From NCBI GenBank assembly GCA_021432655.1, contig MU271394.1, positions 1 through 64,000 on the forward strand: a stretch of DNA of 64,000 nt, written 5' to 3'. Below are positions 10,688 to 27,000 of the stretch, piece by piece (the first letter of the stretch is position 1; each line of letters opens with the position of its first letter). Source of the DNA: Atractiella rhizophila. Lineage: Eukaryota. Both the position numbers and the translations under genes were made by a program. The notes beneath the pieces are model-generated. The model worked only from the letters and a program-made list of their open reading frames with translations, ran no database searches and was not told where the DNA came from.

Positions 10688-13374
10688 ATGGCTTACATCG
10701 ATACAAATAGTCAGCCATTTGCAGAGTTGGCATCTGCTCCGAGCACCAGTGCGAAGCAGAAGGATCACTATAAGGAGACTGATCAGGTTGAGCATGCGTG
10801 AGTCCCCCTCTTCATTAACGTTCTTGTTATTTTTGGTGACTATTGCTACAATTTTGTTCATCTTCACTCAACTTTTTGGTCGTGTGAACAGAGACATAGG
10901 ACGGCAACGAATCTTCCAAGACTCCTCCTCCCCAAACGACGATGAAGTCCCAACCTCGGATCCAGATCGAGACCACGAAATCGGGAGGACGCACCATACT
11001 GCTCACTTGCAGGATCCACATCCCAGAAGAGGAGCTGCTGCGTAAGTTCATCTTCCAGTAGCTGCATCATCTCCATAAACTTGAACTAAAGCCGTGATCT
11101 CAATGTAATATAGGAGGAGACCGACACCCCTCTTTGGTGGTCCTGCAGAGGATGATATCGAATCGAGACCTTTGGGAACGGTGGATGGGAATACGAATCC
11201 ACCTCACGTTTGGGAACATAATGTGAGGGTCCATCCTCAAAAACCTACTTTCTTCGACAAGTGTGTCACTGTGCGTATCCCATCCTTCGATCTCTCCTTT
11301 TCAAGCTGACTCTGCATTTCTGGTATGTAGGAAGGCTTTCAACTCGGCAGCTTCTTGGGCACCTCCACTTTCTTTTTGCTCTATGTAGTCTACGCTACGA
11401 CGGTCTATATCATCCATAAGGTCGGTCGGAACATTCCTTCCCCTTCACCTCTCTTCATGTCTACTTCTCCCTCCTCCCCTAGGTGAATGCTGAGCGAAAG
11501 ACGGACGGGACAGCTCAACCCATTTCACAAGCTCCCTCCGGGTCCGCCTATCAAGGGGAGCGAGTACGAGAAGCGGATCACCGGCGAACGGTTCAGGTAC
11601 GTTATTTATCCCCTCAACTTCCAATCAGTGGAATTGAGGATTCTTCGTTGACACGATGTGCACAGTGCGAGACCGGAGTATTATATCAGGTATTGGGGAT
11701 ACGAATGCGAGCTTGTCGAAGTAGAGACAGACGATGGATTCCTCGTCAGGTGCGTCCTATAGCGTCTTTGTTCCCCTTCCAGAATGTCTTCAGAATCTCT
11801 CCGAGTGGATGAATGCTGATGCTGGTGGACAGGTTGCACCATATCCTCCCAAAGAGGCATAAGGACGGTTCAGCGCCGTCGATCAAGGGAACACCAGTTT
11901 TGATAGTCCACGGTATACTCTCCAGCTCAACCACTTTCGTCGTTAACGAAGAGAGGAGTCTCGCGTTCTATTTGTTGGAGTCTGGATACGACGTCTGTAT
12001 GTCTCCTTCTCCCGCCCTCCCAGTCTTCTTTCGCACGAGGCTCACTGATTGATGTTGGTGTTGATGGAATGGCAGGGCTAGGAGATATCAGAGGAAATTT
12101 CAAAATGAAACACAAAACCTTCTCTCGCCTCAATCCACGTTACTGGAGCTGGAGCATCAAGTGAGTTCTCTCTCTTTCTCCTCCAAAATCCAAACAAAAC
12201 GGATGGACCGGTTGATTGATTACATCATGGTTTGAAGGGAAATCGCGATTTACGATTTGCCAGCGATGATCACACACATCTATCACCACACCGGAAAGAA
12301 GGTCGCGTACGTTGGACACTCCCAAGGAACCGGCACCCTCTTTCTCTCTCTAACGAGAGGATTGAGACCTGATGTCGGGAAAATGTTGAGGTGTTTCGTC
12401 GCCCTTGGTCCTGCCGTGTATGTCTCTCTCATTCACAATCTGCGAGTGCAGAAGAAGTGGTCAACGGCGCGTTTTTTGACGTTTGTGGTGGTGGTGGGAA
12501 CAGGTATGCGGGACCGGTCTTGAAACAGTTCCCTTTCAATATCCTCCGAAAGTTCAAGAGCAGAAAGCTCTGGGGAGTGTTGATGGGCGAGAGGGAGTTC
12601 ATACCCATCATGTCCCTTGTCGCTGGCTACCTCCTCCCGTACGTTCACCATCCCCTTCTTCCCCCTCCTACAGCCTCCTACAGCCGCTGATGGAAGAACA
12701 CAGGTCATGGGCTTTTGGGCATCTAGCTATGCCCGTCTTTTTGGATCTTTTCGATTGCTCCCCTCAGGTCAGTCTTTCCTTCCCCCCTCCTGATGGACAC
12801 AGTGCATATTTTCCAAACAGAATTGGGTCCCTCGTCAGATCCCGAAAATGTTTCGCGCCGTCCCCGTCCCGAACTCATCTGAACTTCTTTGTTAGTTCTT
12901 TCCCTCCTTCCTTATCGAGAGACACTAATTTGGGCTGGCGGGAAGATTATTACATGTCCACCTTCTCTTGGAAAGGCTGCATCTTCAAGACCGACCACCT
13001 CGAACCATGGTGGGACCATAACTTCCCTCCTCTCATGATTGCATACGGAAAACTCGATACCTTGGTCCTCGGCGAGCCTCTGGTGCAGAGAATCAAAGAG
13101 CGCGAACCTGACGTTAGGTTTGTTGCCCATATTATATTTTTCTTCTTTGTACTAGGAGGCTGAGGGTTGTGGGGGTTAGGTTGGTCAAGGTAGTCGCGTT
13201 GGAGAATTACGATCATTTGGACCTTACTTGGTGTAAGTCTTCGCTCAATATCACTGCGAAAGAGAAGGATTGTACTGATGACTGTGTGATTGATGTGACT
13301 TGGGAACAGCTGTGGATGCAGTGGAGAGGGTGTTCGTGCATATCAAGGACACCATCGAGGACTCCGCTCCTTGA
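10688..13374 (+). CDS. AB-hydrolase lipase / sterol esterase (TGL1/YEH-like), many exons
   Basis: VETDDGFL, PVLIVHGILSSS...SLAFYLLESGYDV, YDLPAMITHI, nucleophile elbow YVGHSQG, GKLDTLV and YDHLDLTW. Confidence 0.88.
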
Positions 13375-14189
13375 TCCTCTATCCATAGTAGCTAGTGGCT
13401 TGGTCGACCAAACGATCGACTAGTTCACCTTGTTGGATTCGAGAGGGCTTATTTATGCTTCCTGTTGTGTGCTTTTCAGGGTTGTTCACACTCATGTTGA
13501 AGCTGGATGTGGTTGGACTGTTCCGAGCCTTTGGGATTATTTATTTTTCGATGGTTTCTGTCTGTTCGCTGGAAACATCTTACCTGGAATGCTGCTTGCT
13601 ATAACAAAACTATGACAAAGGACGGATGATAAATCGCCGAGAAAGAGAAGGTGAACATGTCAATATGTCGACATAGGAGAAAGGCGATATCCGATCAGCT
13701 AGCGCGGCAATTAGGCCATGCGCATGCGTTCTCATTCACAATCACCAAAAACGACCACTCCGCCTCGGATCCTCCTTTCCACCTTATCCCCTCAGTCCCC
13801 TACGTTACCCTCGCCCTATCCATCTTTCGCTGGCACGTTGCCATTTCACCTGAAACGAGGGGTTTCCAGTTAAGATTCCTAAATTCGACGGAGGAAGTCC
13901 AACAGCGACACAATATTCTTAACCCAACATCTTTGTATCATTATTCCTTCTGCATTACCATTCTTCAAGAGAAACGTCGATTAGAAGTCCAATTGCGATT
14001 TAAGCGAAACTACGAGGCGGGGAGCAGTATTTAGCAGTCGTGTCGGTAAGTTTTTCGGTTATGGTTATGGAGGGTTCGGGGTTCAGAGGGAGTGCAGGAG
14101 AGTTTTTTCGGTCAGAAAACGACTAACCATCTATATTACCTCGCTTCGAACTCTCTCGACGCACGAAACGATTTCCAAGTAGTCTTGGG

Positions 14190-17100
14190 ATGGCTGCAGT
14201 CGCCACCTCTCCTTCTCCTTCCTTTCAACCTCTCAACATCGATATCCCCCCATCTTCTCTCTCTTTATCCTCTCCTTCCGTCTCCTCACCCAACATCGCT
14301 CGTTCTACACCGGCTTCAGTTTCAACACCTACCGGAAGCGCAAACTTGAATAAGATGTCTGCTCCGATGTCGATTGCGTCAGGATCAGGACGGAGGACGC
14401 CGTCGGCTGAACATGCCTCGAATCCCTCTTCACCAGTAGTCGAGGGATCATCGAGCCAACTTTTTCCGAGCAGAGTGAACTCTTCACCGTCGAATTCGAG
14501 TACGTCGCAGGGCTCTCTGTCTGCTGGTGCGTCATCCGCAGGCCCCTGAGTTGCACATCTGCAAAATGGTATTGATCCACGTATGGATGTGGTTAGGTTC
14601 TTCGACAGGCGGTCGCTCTCCTTCACCAGCCAGCTCGGCACGGACCACGGTCCCTCCCTCACCTGCGACCGCCAGCTCGTCAACCCTCTCGGTTCACGCC
14701 CCGAACTTCCAGCCATCGTATTCCCATCCTCAACCGTTTCCCTCCTCCCATCCACCTCCTCAGATTACGCCGTTTCAGCATCCGCATCCTTCACAGCATA
14801 TGAACGTAGGATACCCGTATCAGATGCCGTTTCATCCGCAAGGCAATCCCGTCTTCTTCAATTTCCCCTCACAGGCACACCCAACTCCGCCATCCCACCC
14901 ACACTCCTTGCCCCCACAAGGACATTATGGCGCTCCGGATCCGAACGTGTTGATGAACCTTGCATATCACCAACAGGCTCAGCACATGCAACAGCAGATG
15001 CAGCTTAGAATGCCCGTCAACATCAATGGGCAGGGAAGTCAACCACCAAGTCCGAGCGCGAGGAACGTAAGCGGGCCATCACATCCTGGTGCAGCTCAAC
15101 GGCAGCGGACAGGGAGCAGTTCGAGCCAACAACCCTATTATTTTGATCCACTTCACAGTCCATCTGGACCAGGAAGGGCATATGGCCCTCCTTCTCCTTC
15201 AATGTACGGAGGAGCAACAGGAGGACCACCCCCACCCTTCGTCAATGTAACCACCGGTCCAGGTTTCACACCTCCGATACCTTCCCCACACCAACAGAAC
15301 CAAGCCGAGCCCCCCTTCTCCGCTTATCGTCCTCAACCTACGAGCATTCGACCGCTTCCTAATCAACCTCCTGCTCCATCTCCCCCAGCTGCGGTACCTG
15401 ATTGGAAAGATTGGAAAGCGGCTCAGTATTCCAAGACCCCTGCTCCTCCCCAGCCGCTCTATGCTCAGCATAGCGCAAGGGGATCGACGAGCTCTGTTAA
15501 TTCCACTTCAGACAGAAGTAGCGATAATCGTCCCTTGCCCCCTGGTGCCATTCGCGTCAAACCTTCCGAAGTAAGGAACGATCCATCCGCCAGACCTCAA
15601 TACCCTCGTGCACGAACGGACAGCCAGAGTTCGACAGGTAGTCGATCTAGTTATCGACCATCTGAACGAGAGAGGACGCCATCGATGTCGTCCACAGCTT
15701 CTTCGAGACCGCCTCCCCCCAAACTCACCCTCTCCAATTCTGCGGGAGTTACTAAGCCTTCTCCCCTGTCCCAACAAGCGTTCAGGAGCGGAGAGCCTGC
15801 TGCTATTGGGACCGGAAAAGTGGATTTCGATGGTGAGAAGGGAAAGCCGAAGAAGACGATCACGGGAAAATTGAGGAGAGCGCTTTCCATGTCTTCGTTA
15901 CAGCAGATGGAGGGCGGAGATCCCACGTCCCCTTCGTCCTCTTCGAAACGAGCACCTCCTCACGCTCCTTCTGCAGGTGCGGGGAGGAGATTCGGGCTTC
16001 TCAATTCGAAGATGAATTCATCCACGGATAACATCTCGATCTCTTCGACGGTCTCGAGCGCTTCCGTCATGATTCGGAAGATTGGGAATATGGCTAAATT
16101 GGGTCGGAGGGGAAGTCTGATGAGCCTTGGATCTATGTTTAATAAAGATAAAGAGACGGATAACGAGGATGGAGAGACGACGACTTTGACGGATTCTAAG
16201 ACGAAGAAGAAAGATAAGAAGAAGTCGGCTGCTGCCATCGCTTCCGTCTCTCATGTCACTGCCGAGCTAGACAAAGGAGCCAATCCTACCCTCGTCAATG
16301 GAATGACCCCTGCTGAAGCTCTGGTCAAGAAGCACCAAGCGATGTATGCCGAACAAGAAGCTGCCGCTGCTGCTGCTCGTGGTCACGGACGAACGCCATC
16401 AACCGCTTCTTCTGTGGTTTCTACAGCTACTACTGGCACGATTGTCGGACGCTCCAGGACGGCAGAGGACGCTATCGATGCTGCAAAAGCGAGGGCAGCG
16501 GAAAAGGAGAAGGATAAGTTGAAGAGCAGGAAGCCGAGGAGCTGGGGCTTTGGCTCTTTTGGTGGTTCTTCAAGCGGACATGGAGCGCCGAAAGGGGAAG
16601 ACGACGAAACGATCAGGTTGTCGGTCGATCAGCAACAAGATCCCTTTGCCCATTCTCGCCATCCGACACGCGAGTCGTCCGCTTCCCAAGTTGAAGTTCT
16701 TGCCCATAGAACGTCGGTTGATGATGTGGAGACAGAAGAACCAGAGGAGACTGACGAGTATGAGGAATCGAACCTTAAGAATCTTAGCTCGCAAGTATTG
16801 CCCCATCGACAACCACCCAGACCTATCCGAAGTATTTTGAAGAGTGCGTCTTCCTTGATCCACCAGTATCTACTAACTCCTGTTGAATAGGACAACCGTC
16901 TGCCAACGATCCTACGAATGAACTTGCTCCTCCAAACATGCTCGGGAATCGAAGTCGCGCTAATTCCTACGACGCTCCTCATCAGCAAGGCGCCCCGAAC
17001 CAACCTGGTGAGAAGGCGACACTCGTCCAACTCATCCCATCTGAAGCACAAGTTGACGGTCTCGTGCCCTCCGAGTCGCGACGACAGGATCAACAACCAC

Positions 17101-17596
17101 GCTCACCCACAAATCGCCCCTCGATTGAGTTCTCAGGTCCATATGGCAATCCAGGTCTGAACGCTTCGGCTCCAGTCCTCCAAACTATGTACAATTCTGT
17201 ACCTCCTTCAAGAGCGGCAACGACCCCTACCCCTAAGAAAAATATCTCGTTTGCTACCCATCTTTCGTTTCATACAACATGGCCGGCCACGATGTATGAT
17301 CGGAAGAGCGAACCGGGAACTTGTGCTCATCTTACACCGGCTCTGGCCCAAAGGATAAAGTGAGCTCCTCCATTCATGTCCCGGTTTGATGGTAATGCTG
17401 ATGTGTGTCTTTGCAGAGAGGAGCTCAACGCCTTCAAGGTTTGTCTCGGATTTTGTTTGACGTGTGTTATACTGATTCGGTCCGTAGATGGAAGAAATGG
17501 AAGTCCATCACATGTCTCGATGTTACACACATTTCTTTGTGCGTCATTCCTTCTCCCCTACTTCCCCTGCATACTGAAAACAAGGCGCAGGTCTAA
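14190..17596 (+). CDS. Low-complexity Pro/Ser-rich protein with BNI4-like C-terminus (probable PP1/Glc7-targeting subunit)
   Basis: RSILK motif; C-terminus KNISF...YDRKSEP...LTPALAQRIKEELNAFKMEEMEVHHMSRCYTHFFV assembled across short introns. Confidence 0.78.
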
Positions 17597-18669
17597 GTAC
17601 ACTGCGTTTAGTTGTTCGTTGTCCATTAGTTACTCAGCTTTTTGTTTTGTGTGCCCACACCACCACCACGACAGGGAAGGCGGCTTGCATTATTCTTGCA
17701 CCAGAATCTTCTCGTCGACCAGACCAGCTCAGCCGCCGACTGGGATGGCGAGAAATGTTAATTCTTTTGTCTTATCCATCCGTAAATTAGCCAAACAAAG
17801 CAACAATCTACATTCTTCTCCCGCCAACAGTCTCGCAAGCATCTTTGATCTTTTCCTTCACTTCAATTGTCCTCTTTTCGGTTATATACCAACGAATGGA
17901 GCCAGATTCACTCATTTTTCATCGGTTCCGTCTCTGATTCATCTTTCTGTTCTCTCTGATCTTCCTTTCCTTTATTCTGATGAAGTGGACTCGATTCGAC
18001 TCTTCATTTCTTCGACAAATATTCAACTTTGAATCTTGCTCGTGTCTTTTACCTATCATCCGTTTCTCTTCTCAGTTCAATCGGTACATATGATGACAAT
18101 CTCCCTATTTACCCTCCTCCGTTATCCTTTAATTGATCGTGACTGTTGGAAGGATGTTCGCTGGCATTCCAGTTTCGCTACTTTCTATCGACGACTGTTT
18201 AGAGTCAGAACTTCACCTTCAGTAGACCGTCATTCCTTTCCTTCATTGCTGTTTTCCGTCCTTTTTCATCTCAAAAGTGCAATGTACAACTTCTTCCTTT
18301 CCTGAAAATGGTAGACAATTTCCCAGTCTCCCCTATTCACTACATCACTTCTCACCTGTGGGAAGGAGACGGCTTTTCTTTCTGATGATCAATCCAAGGC
18401 AACATCGCGAGCGAGCAACGACGTGCACAAAGTCAGCTCGTGGCACCTTGCACAATGGGATTATTCAAGGAACATAGGGAACTCATATTCGCATACTTAT
18501 CAGACTAGACCATATCGACAGTTCTGGAAACTCGAAATGTAAGAATCAAGAACGATCAAACCGAACGTGTCAAGAAACCATCGAATACTAAGAGGAAACT
18601 CGCAAATCGTGTATGGCAGACAACAGGGAAAGGAAACATAACGCAAACGATACCGGCGAACACGCATCA

Positions 18670-19324
<655 letters not shown>

Positions 19325-19491
19325 TTAGACGCGTTCTGAGTTGTTTATGGGGTGAGAGCTGAGCGTAGATGGGCTGGGGTAGATGTAGCAGAGGTATAGT
19401 TGAGTGAATGACTGTAGGGTCGAAGGGTTGGCGTGATGATTCTCTGAAAGCTCTTCGTCGTCGACGGGAAGTTGGGAGTGGGAATGGGCTC

Positions 19492-19499
19492 CTTTTATA
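19492..19499 (-). promoter_or_regulatory. TATA box of the histone H3 gene
   Basis: TATAAAAG on the minus strand about 170 bp upstream of the ATG. Confidence 0.55.
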
Positions 19500-20078
19500 C
19501 CTTTCCTTCAGTGGCCACTTGTCACAAGAACCTTGAGCTTATTTTGTGGTCACAAAAACAACGAGATGTCTCATTCCCTCCAGCGATTCCTTGAAACGTT
19601 TTTCGTGCTTCGGATCAGGTATTAACGCGTTATTTTGTCCAGAAAAGGGTCCCAGGGAACTTTGAACGGCGTGAGCGAGCTCTGAGCGAGTTAGGAAGAG
19701 GAGTTGTTCGTCCTTTACAGCAAACGCGTGTTATCGTGATGTAAACGAGGAGGAGTGAGGTCTGCGTCTTTTTCCGTGATAAATGGGCGCAGTGAGGAGA
19801 TTTTCTCAAGATTTTGCACCTCTTCAGCCAGGAAGAACCTGAGTTTGGCATATTAATCTGCCCAAACTTCGTGAGAACTTTGAGCCACAGTATCTCGCTC
19901 CTCTCGTCATTCATTGATTCATGTTTTAAAGACCTGACGCGACATTTCTCTGCGTCTGTTATACCTGCGTTTCTGTGATCATACCTCGACTTCTATATCA
20001 CGTGCAACGTCATGCTTGGTGCTGCGAGGATGAACGTTGGCAAGATCCTTTCTTTCTTTCTTTCGATTGACACCCAGG

Positions 20079-22317
<2,239 letters not shown>

Positions 22318-23187
22318 ATCTCGAAAGGTGTCGTTGTAGATTCTTGTCACCCATCATGAGATACGTGACAGGATGGCTGGAACAAAGACCAATAGACTGG
22401 CAAGAACAATTGTAGGAAACAAGTGTACAATGTAGAGGAATGATTACACTCTCGAACATCTCAAACCGGACTCTCAGGCAAAACTGATACATTCAACCAG
22501 CCGGTTTATGAGGCGAGGAACAAGAGAAGAAAATGTGCGAAAAGACCTTGCGTTCCTGTCCACAGTGAGGACAACAACGCACCCAAAGTCTTTCGTCCAA
22601 AAGAAGGCGTTCTCCGAAACACGGACGGCAAGCGAACTCTTGGATCCTCGACTTCTCTCAAGGAGGAGGGGATCAGCGAGCCTACTTGTGCTTTTAAGTG
22701 CTCGTGGTTTATGCGTTGCAGAAAAAATGTTCCCTTCTTGCTTTTAAGGTTTAGCCGGCTGTTTGGAGAGAAGTCACTGGGGAGGCTTTTGTTTTTTCCC
22801 TTCTGCCGAGGTCATCGTTTGTCTCTAACCAAGTTTAGCTGGGTAAGGATAGAATAGGGAACAGGTGAGTTTATGTTCTTGAACGGTGGACTCTGGTGGA
22901 TAGGTCGGCGTGAACTCTGCGTTTGAAGATGATTGTGCACACATTTCCTTTTCGCGCTGTACTGTCGTGGTGCGTGGGATGACCACCCTTCGCCATCAAA
23001 AGATCTCTTTGCTCCACTCTTGAATTATGGATGTGGTTGCATAGCGTCCAGACCCTCGCGGTTTGCGCAGCCAGCTTTCTGTGACGCATGGGAGCTGTGA
23101 GAAGTTTGGTGTTGCACTATTATTGTTGTAACTTGAAAGTCAAAGGGGCATGTGTTGACTCGCGCCCTTTTCCAGATTTCGATCAAA

Positions 23188-23883
23188 ATGCCCAAGGATA
23201 GCGTCTCCACTTTCGGAAAGAAGAAGACCGCCGTGTAAGCCCTGTTTTGGTCCTCTCGCTACTTCCTGTGAATGCTTAATTCTTGAACAGTGCCGTCGCT
23301 CTCGCCAAGGTATATATATATTCGATCTTGAGTGTTCTAGCTGACGGAATACATTGCCGCACGCTGTAGCCCGGCTCTGGAGCAATCCGTATCAACGGTA
23401 CCCCCCTCGCGCTCTACTCCTCCCCCATCCTCCGTCCCAAGATCTACGAACCTCTCCTACTCCTCGAAGGCGGTGAGGGTGGAAACCCTTTCTCCAAGAT
23501 TGATATCCGAGTTAAAGTCACTGGTGGTGGACACACTGCTCAGATCTACGCAATCCGTCAAGCTATCTCTAAAGCCCTTGTAGCTTGGTACAGCAAATAC
23601 GTCGATGCTGCTTCTGGATTGGAGTTGAAGAAGACGCTTGTTGGATACGACAGGTACGCTTCCTCCTCCTTTCAAGCGATGGTGGACAATGTTTGATGCT
23701 GCTGGTGCTGTGGTATAGGACCCTCCTGGTCGCTGATCCTCGTCGTATGGAGCCTAAAAAGTTTGGTGGACCGGGTGCGAGGGCAAGGTACCAGAAGAGG
23801 TGCGTTTCATTTCTCAAGTCCTCCCCCGCGGCGGCTATGGGGTCTAATGCGAGTAACTGGTGCCTTGGAACAGTTACCGATGA
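23188..23883 (+). CDS. RPS16: 40S ribosomal protein S16 (uS9), four introns
   Basis: [34 protein letters not shown] and [29 protein letters not shown]. Confidence 0.96.
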
Positions 23884-24098
23884 ACGTCCTATTGGTGGAT
23901 TTTGTTCTCATCTCACCTTCGAAAAGCACTCACTATCCCCATGTTATGCTCCCCATGACCATTTGCAATCTCACTATGTGACCTCAGCTTCCTCTCTCCT
24001 TACCCTTGCACAGACTCTCTGCTCTCAATGTGCGGGAGGATACAGTTGGAAAACAGTTAAAGTTTTACATTTTACTCTTCGGCATCTTTCATCTAGTA

Positions 24099-27000
24099 CT
24101 ACAAGAAAGGCAGCTTCCATCCCCCGAAGTTGAGGACAGGCTGCTCTTTGTGCACTTTTGCACTGTCCGGATACTCATCCGTAATCTGCGGCCACACTGC
24201 AGGAACAACCTCTCCAATCTTTCTTTCGAAAGTATCCAAACGATCCTGCAGTTCGCGAGCCTCTGCCATTGCCTCTTGGTCCTGCCGGAGACGGAGGAAA
24301 GAGACGAGAAGGGACCGCGTTTCATCTGTCCCACCAACTCAGTTTCAAATGTGAGACACAGGATGTACAAACCTTGTGCGATTTTAAGACGTGTCTGGAG
24401 CAGCTTTACGATGCTAGACAGGATGTATTCCTCTTCAGAAACCGTCCCTTTCCTCCCTCCCGCCATTTGCTTCAGCTTATTCTTCCTCCTGGAACTTGCA
24501 GTTTTACTGTTCTCATCAGTCATACAAATTTGATCAAAGGGAACAACAAACGCACCTTGAATGTTTTGATCGCCTGGAAGTTGCGATAGTGGTTGGAGCA
24601 ACAGTGTAGCGTGTGAACTGAGTCCCTCCCCATTCAGATTCTGCGTCTGCTTGGACGTTTCCATCGTCCACGAAGACAAGCTCGCTGCGATCAAAAAAGG
24701 CATCTATTATCTCTTTCAGGCCCCATTATCTTCTCTGGTGAAAGGAAGCGACAGACCAGGATCGGTTCGACGTATACCAGCTAAGGCGTCAAGACGAGAA
24801 GATTGTGTCGTGAACTGTACATCCATCTCACCAATGTCGTCCAGAATTCTATCCCGCACTTGGCTCATCTCTGGGACAATGCAACCTTCAAGCATCTCAC
24901 TGCGTCCGTGCTTCGCAACCTGTCGAAATCCCATAAACAATGTTGCAAGCAGACGAACTCAAGAATGGCGCACGAGTCGGAGGGCTTCGCTCCACTGTTG
25001 ACCAGCTGCGAGTACCTCAATTGCTCCCTTGACGTCTTGTGCATGATCAAGAAGCACCACTGCTGCGTCGTTGTAGAGCTGCCGATCTTTCAAGGTTTCT
25101 AAAACACGGGATAGTTGGGAGGTGGCTGAGGTAAGGCACAATGAAACTGCGAACCTGCCATGTCTTCTGCTGCTTCTTTCACTGATTCCGCTGGCTCGTT
25201 GAGGCTCAACGCCAGCTCGAAAAACTCGCGCCATGCACAGGCGGATCTATATGCCTCCATGGCTTCACGGTCCTGTCCAGACTGACGCAAGACTATCCCC
25301 TTTTTTAATATCAACCTTCACAGTAAGAACGTTAACGAACCAACAGCCCCATCGTAGAGATTGTCGGTCTCAACCAAGTGTTGTCCATATGCGCAAAGTA
25401 CAGCCTGCAAGCTTTTACGCTAAGAATTTGCACAAAAGAGAAACATACCCTCCAAGGATCTGGCTGATCGCGGTACATCTTCAAAGCCTGTTGGAACAGA
25501 TTGTGCGTTTTTGTGTACTTCAGAACCTCTTCAAGATGCGCGGGCCCAGCTCGAACCAAGTTCTCTAACGCCTTTTCGTATCGTCCCACTTCGTTTATGT
25601 GAACTAGAGTTTCAACGACAAACGCCATTACTTACAATGATCATCAATTCGAAACTTCGCCACTTGAGGCTCGAGCTGCCGAAGACCACGAAGAAACGGG
25701 AGGTATTCCCTTGGATCCTGACGGATAGTCAGCGATGAGTAAGGGATCAAGAAGACTCACCTTGTTCGATTGTTGGGCTATGAGCGTGACAAGCTTGAAT
25801 TCATACATGCCCAACGCGAGATCATACAGCTCATTGGTATCGCTCAGGAAGATGATGTATTTGACAGCGTCGTCCACTTCATCTCCTGAAACCATGTGAA
25901 ATTAGTGATTGATGTCTATGTTGGGCAACACAGTAGCGAACCTTGAAGCGTCAAAATCTTCCGTAAAGCTCCTTCGTAATCGGGAGGTGATCGACAAACA
26001 TAGGCAGTGAGGATGCACTGAACGAAACGAGACTGATCTTTCGTCTCCATATAACGCCGAACGGTGTCACATATAGCATTTATTTTCCCAGAAAGCTCAT
26101 GCCTTGTGACAAGTCAGGAAACGCCGGTAGCAGAATGATACACACACCTTTGGACGCCGTCAGCGTATTTAGTGTTGCAGGCATTAGTCTCGCTAGATCA
26201 TACTCAACATATGTGTATTTATTGTGAGTAGAACGCATACCTTAGGCTAGAAAGAAGCACATTCAACATGTCAACATCATTCACTTGATCCACCACTTGC
26301 GCCACATCGTCCAGGAACACTTGTGGATTGTGATCACAAATGAGATTGAGGTCTATGCGGTTCTTTCTGCAAGCAAGGTACGCCTCACGATATTTCTTCC
26401 TAAAAAACGGCTAAGGATCGAAATTTGTTCAAAAAGGTTATGAACGCACTCGTCGATCCTATTCTTTACGATCTCGAGGACGAGCGGACGGGGAGATATA
26501 GTTTCAAGGTTCCCCCGAGGCATTTGAAGGACGACAGTCACTATAAGGGCTGTCATCTTTGCCCTGTAGACGCTCACGAATAACATACTTGTACTAGCCA
26601 CAACGGTAACTATGCGGGAACCACGTTCGACGAATCTATCGCTCAGATTCGAGTCTCCATTGGTTATGGTCTGCCCCTTATTCTTCTTTTCCAGATCCAC
26701 ATCCTCTACACCATCCAATGAGACATTCGATTGATCACCGGGCAAACGCAGAACTTTGAGTCGATTTGAGAAGGTGGTCCAGAGAAGAAACTGTTCCGTC
26801 ACTTCGAAAGACGAGCAGTCATCCGCGAGTTTCTGAGCACCCAGATACAGACGTCCACTGCCTGAAAGACCAACTCCCAGAAGCTGTTGGACGCTGGGTA
26901 AAGGAAGTAACCAAGAACAGAATGTAGGAAAGCTGAAACTGGTGTTGTCTAGTGGCTCCAGACCTGTCATCTCACTGAGTGACCACTTGATGAGGGGTGG

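Noticed and set aside
14225..17096. Numerous antisense or overlapping ORFs in GC-rich coding regions (also 37066-38647 and 40498-42079)
   Set aside because: Shadow ORFs of real genes with no independent motifs.
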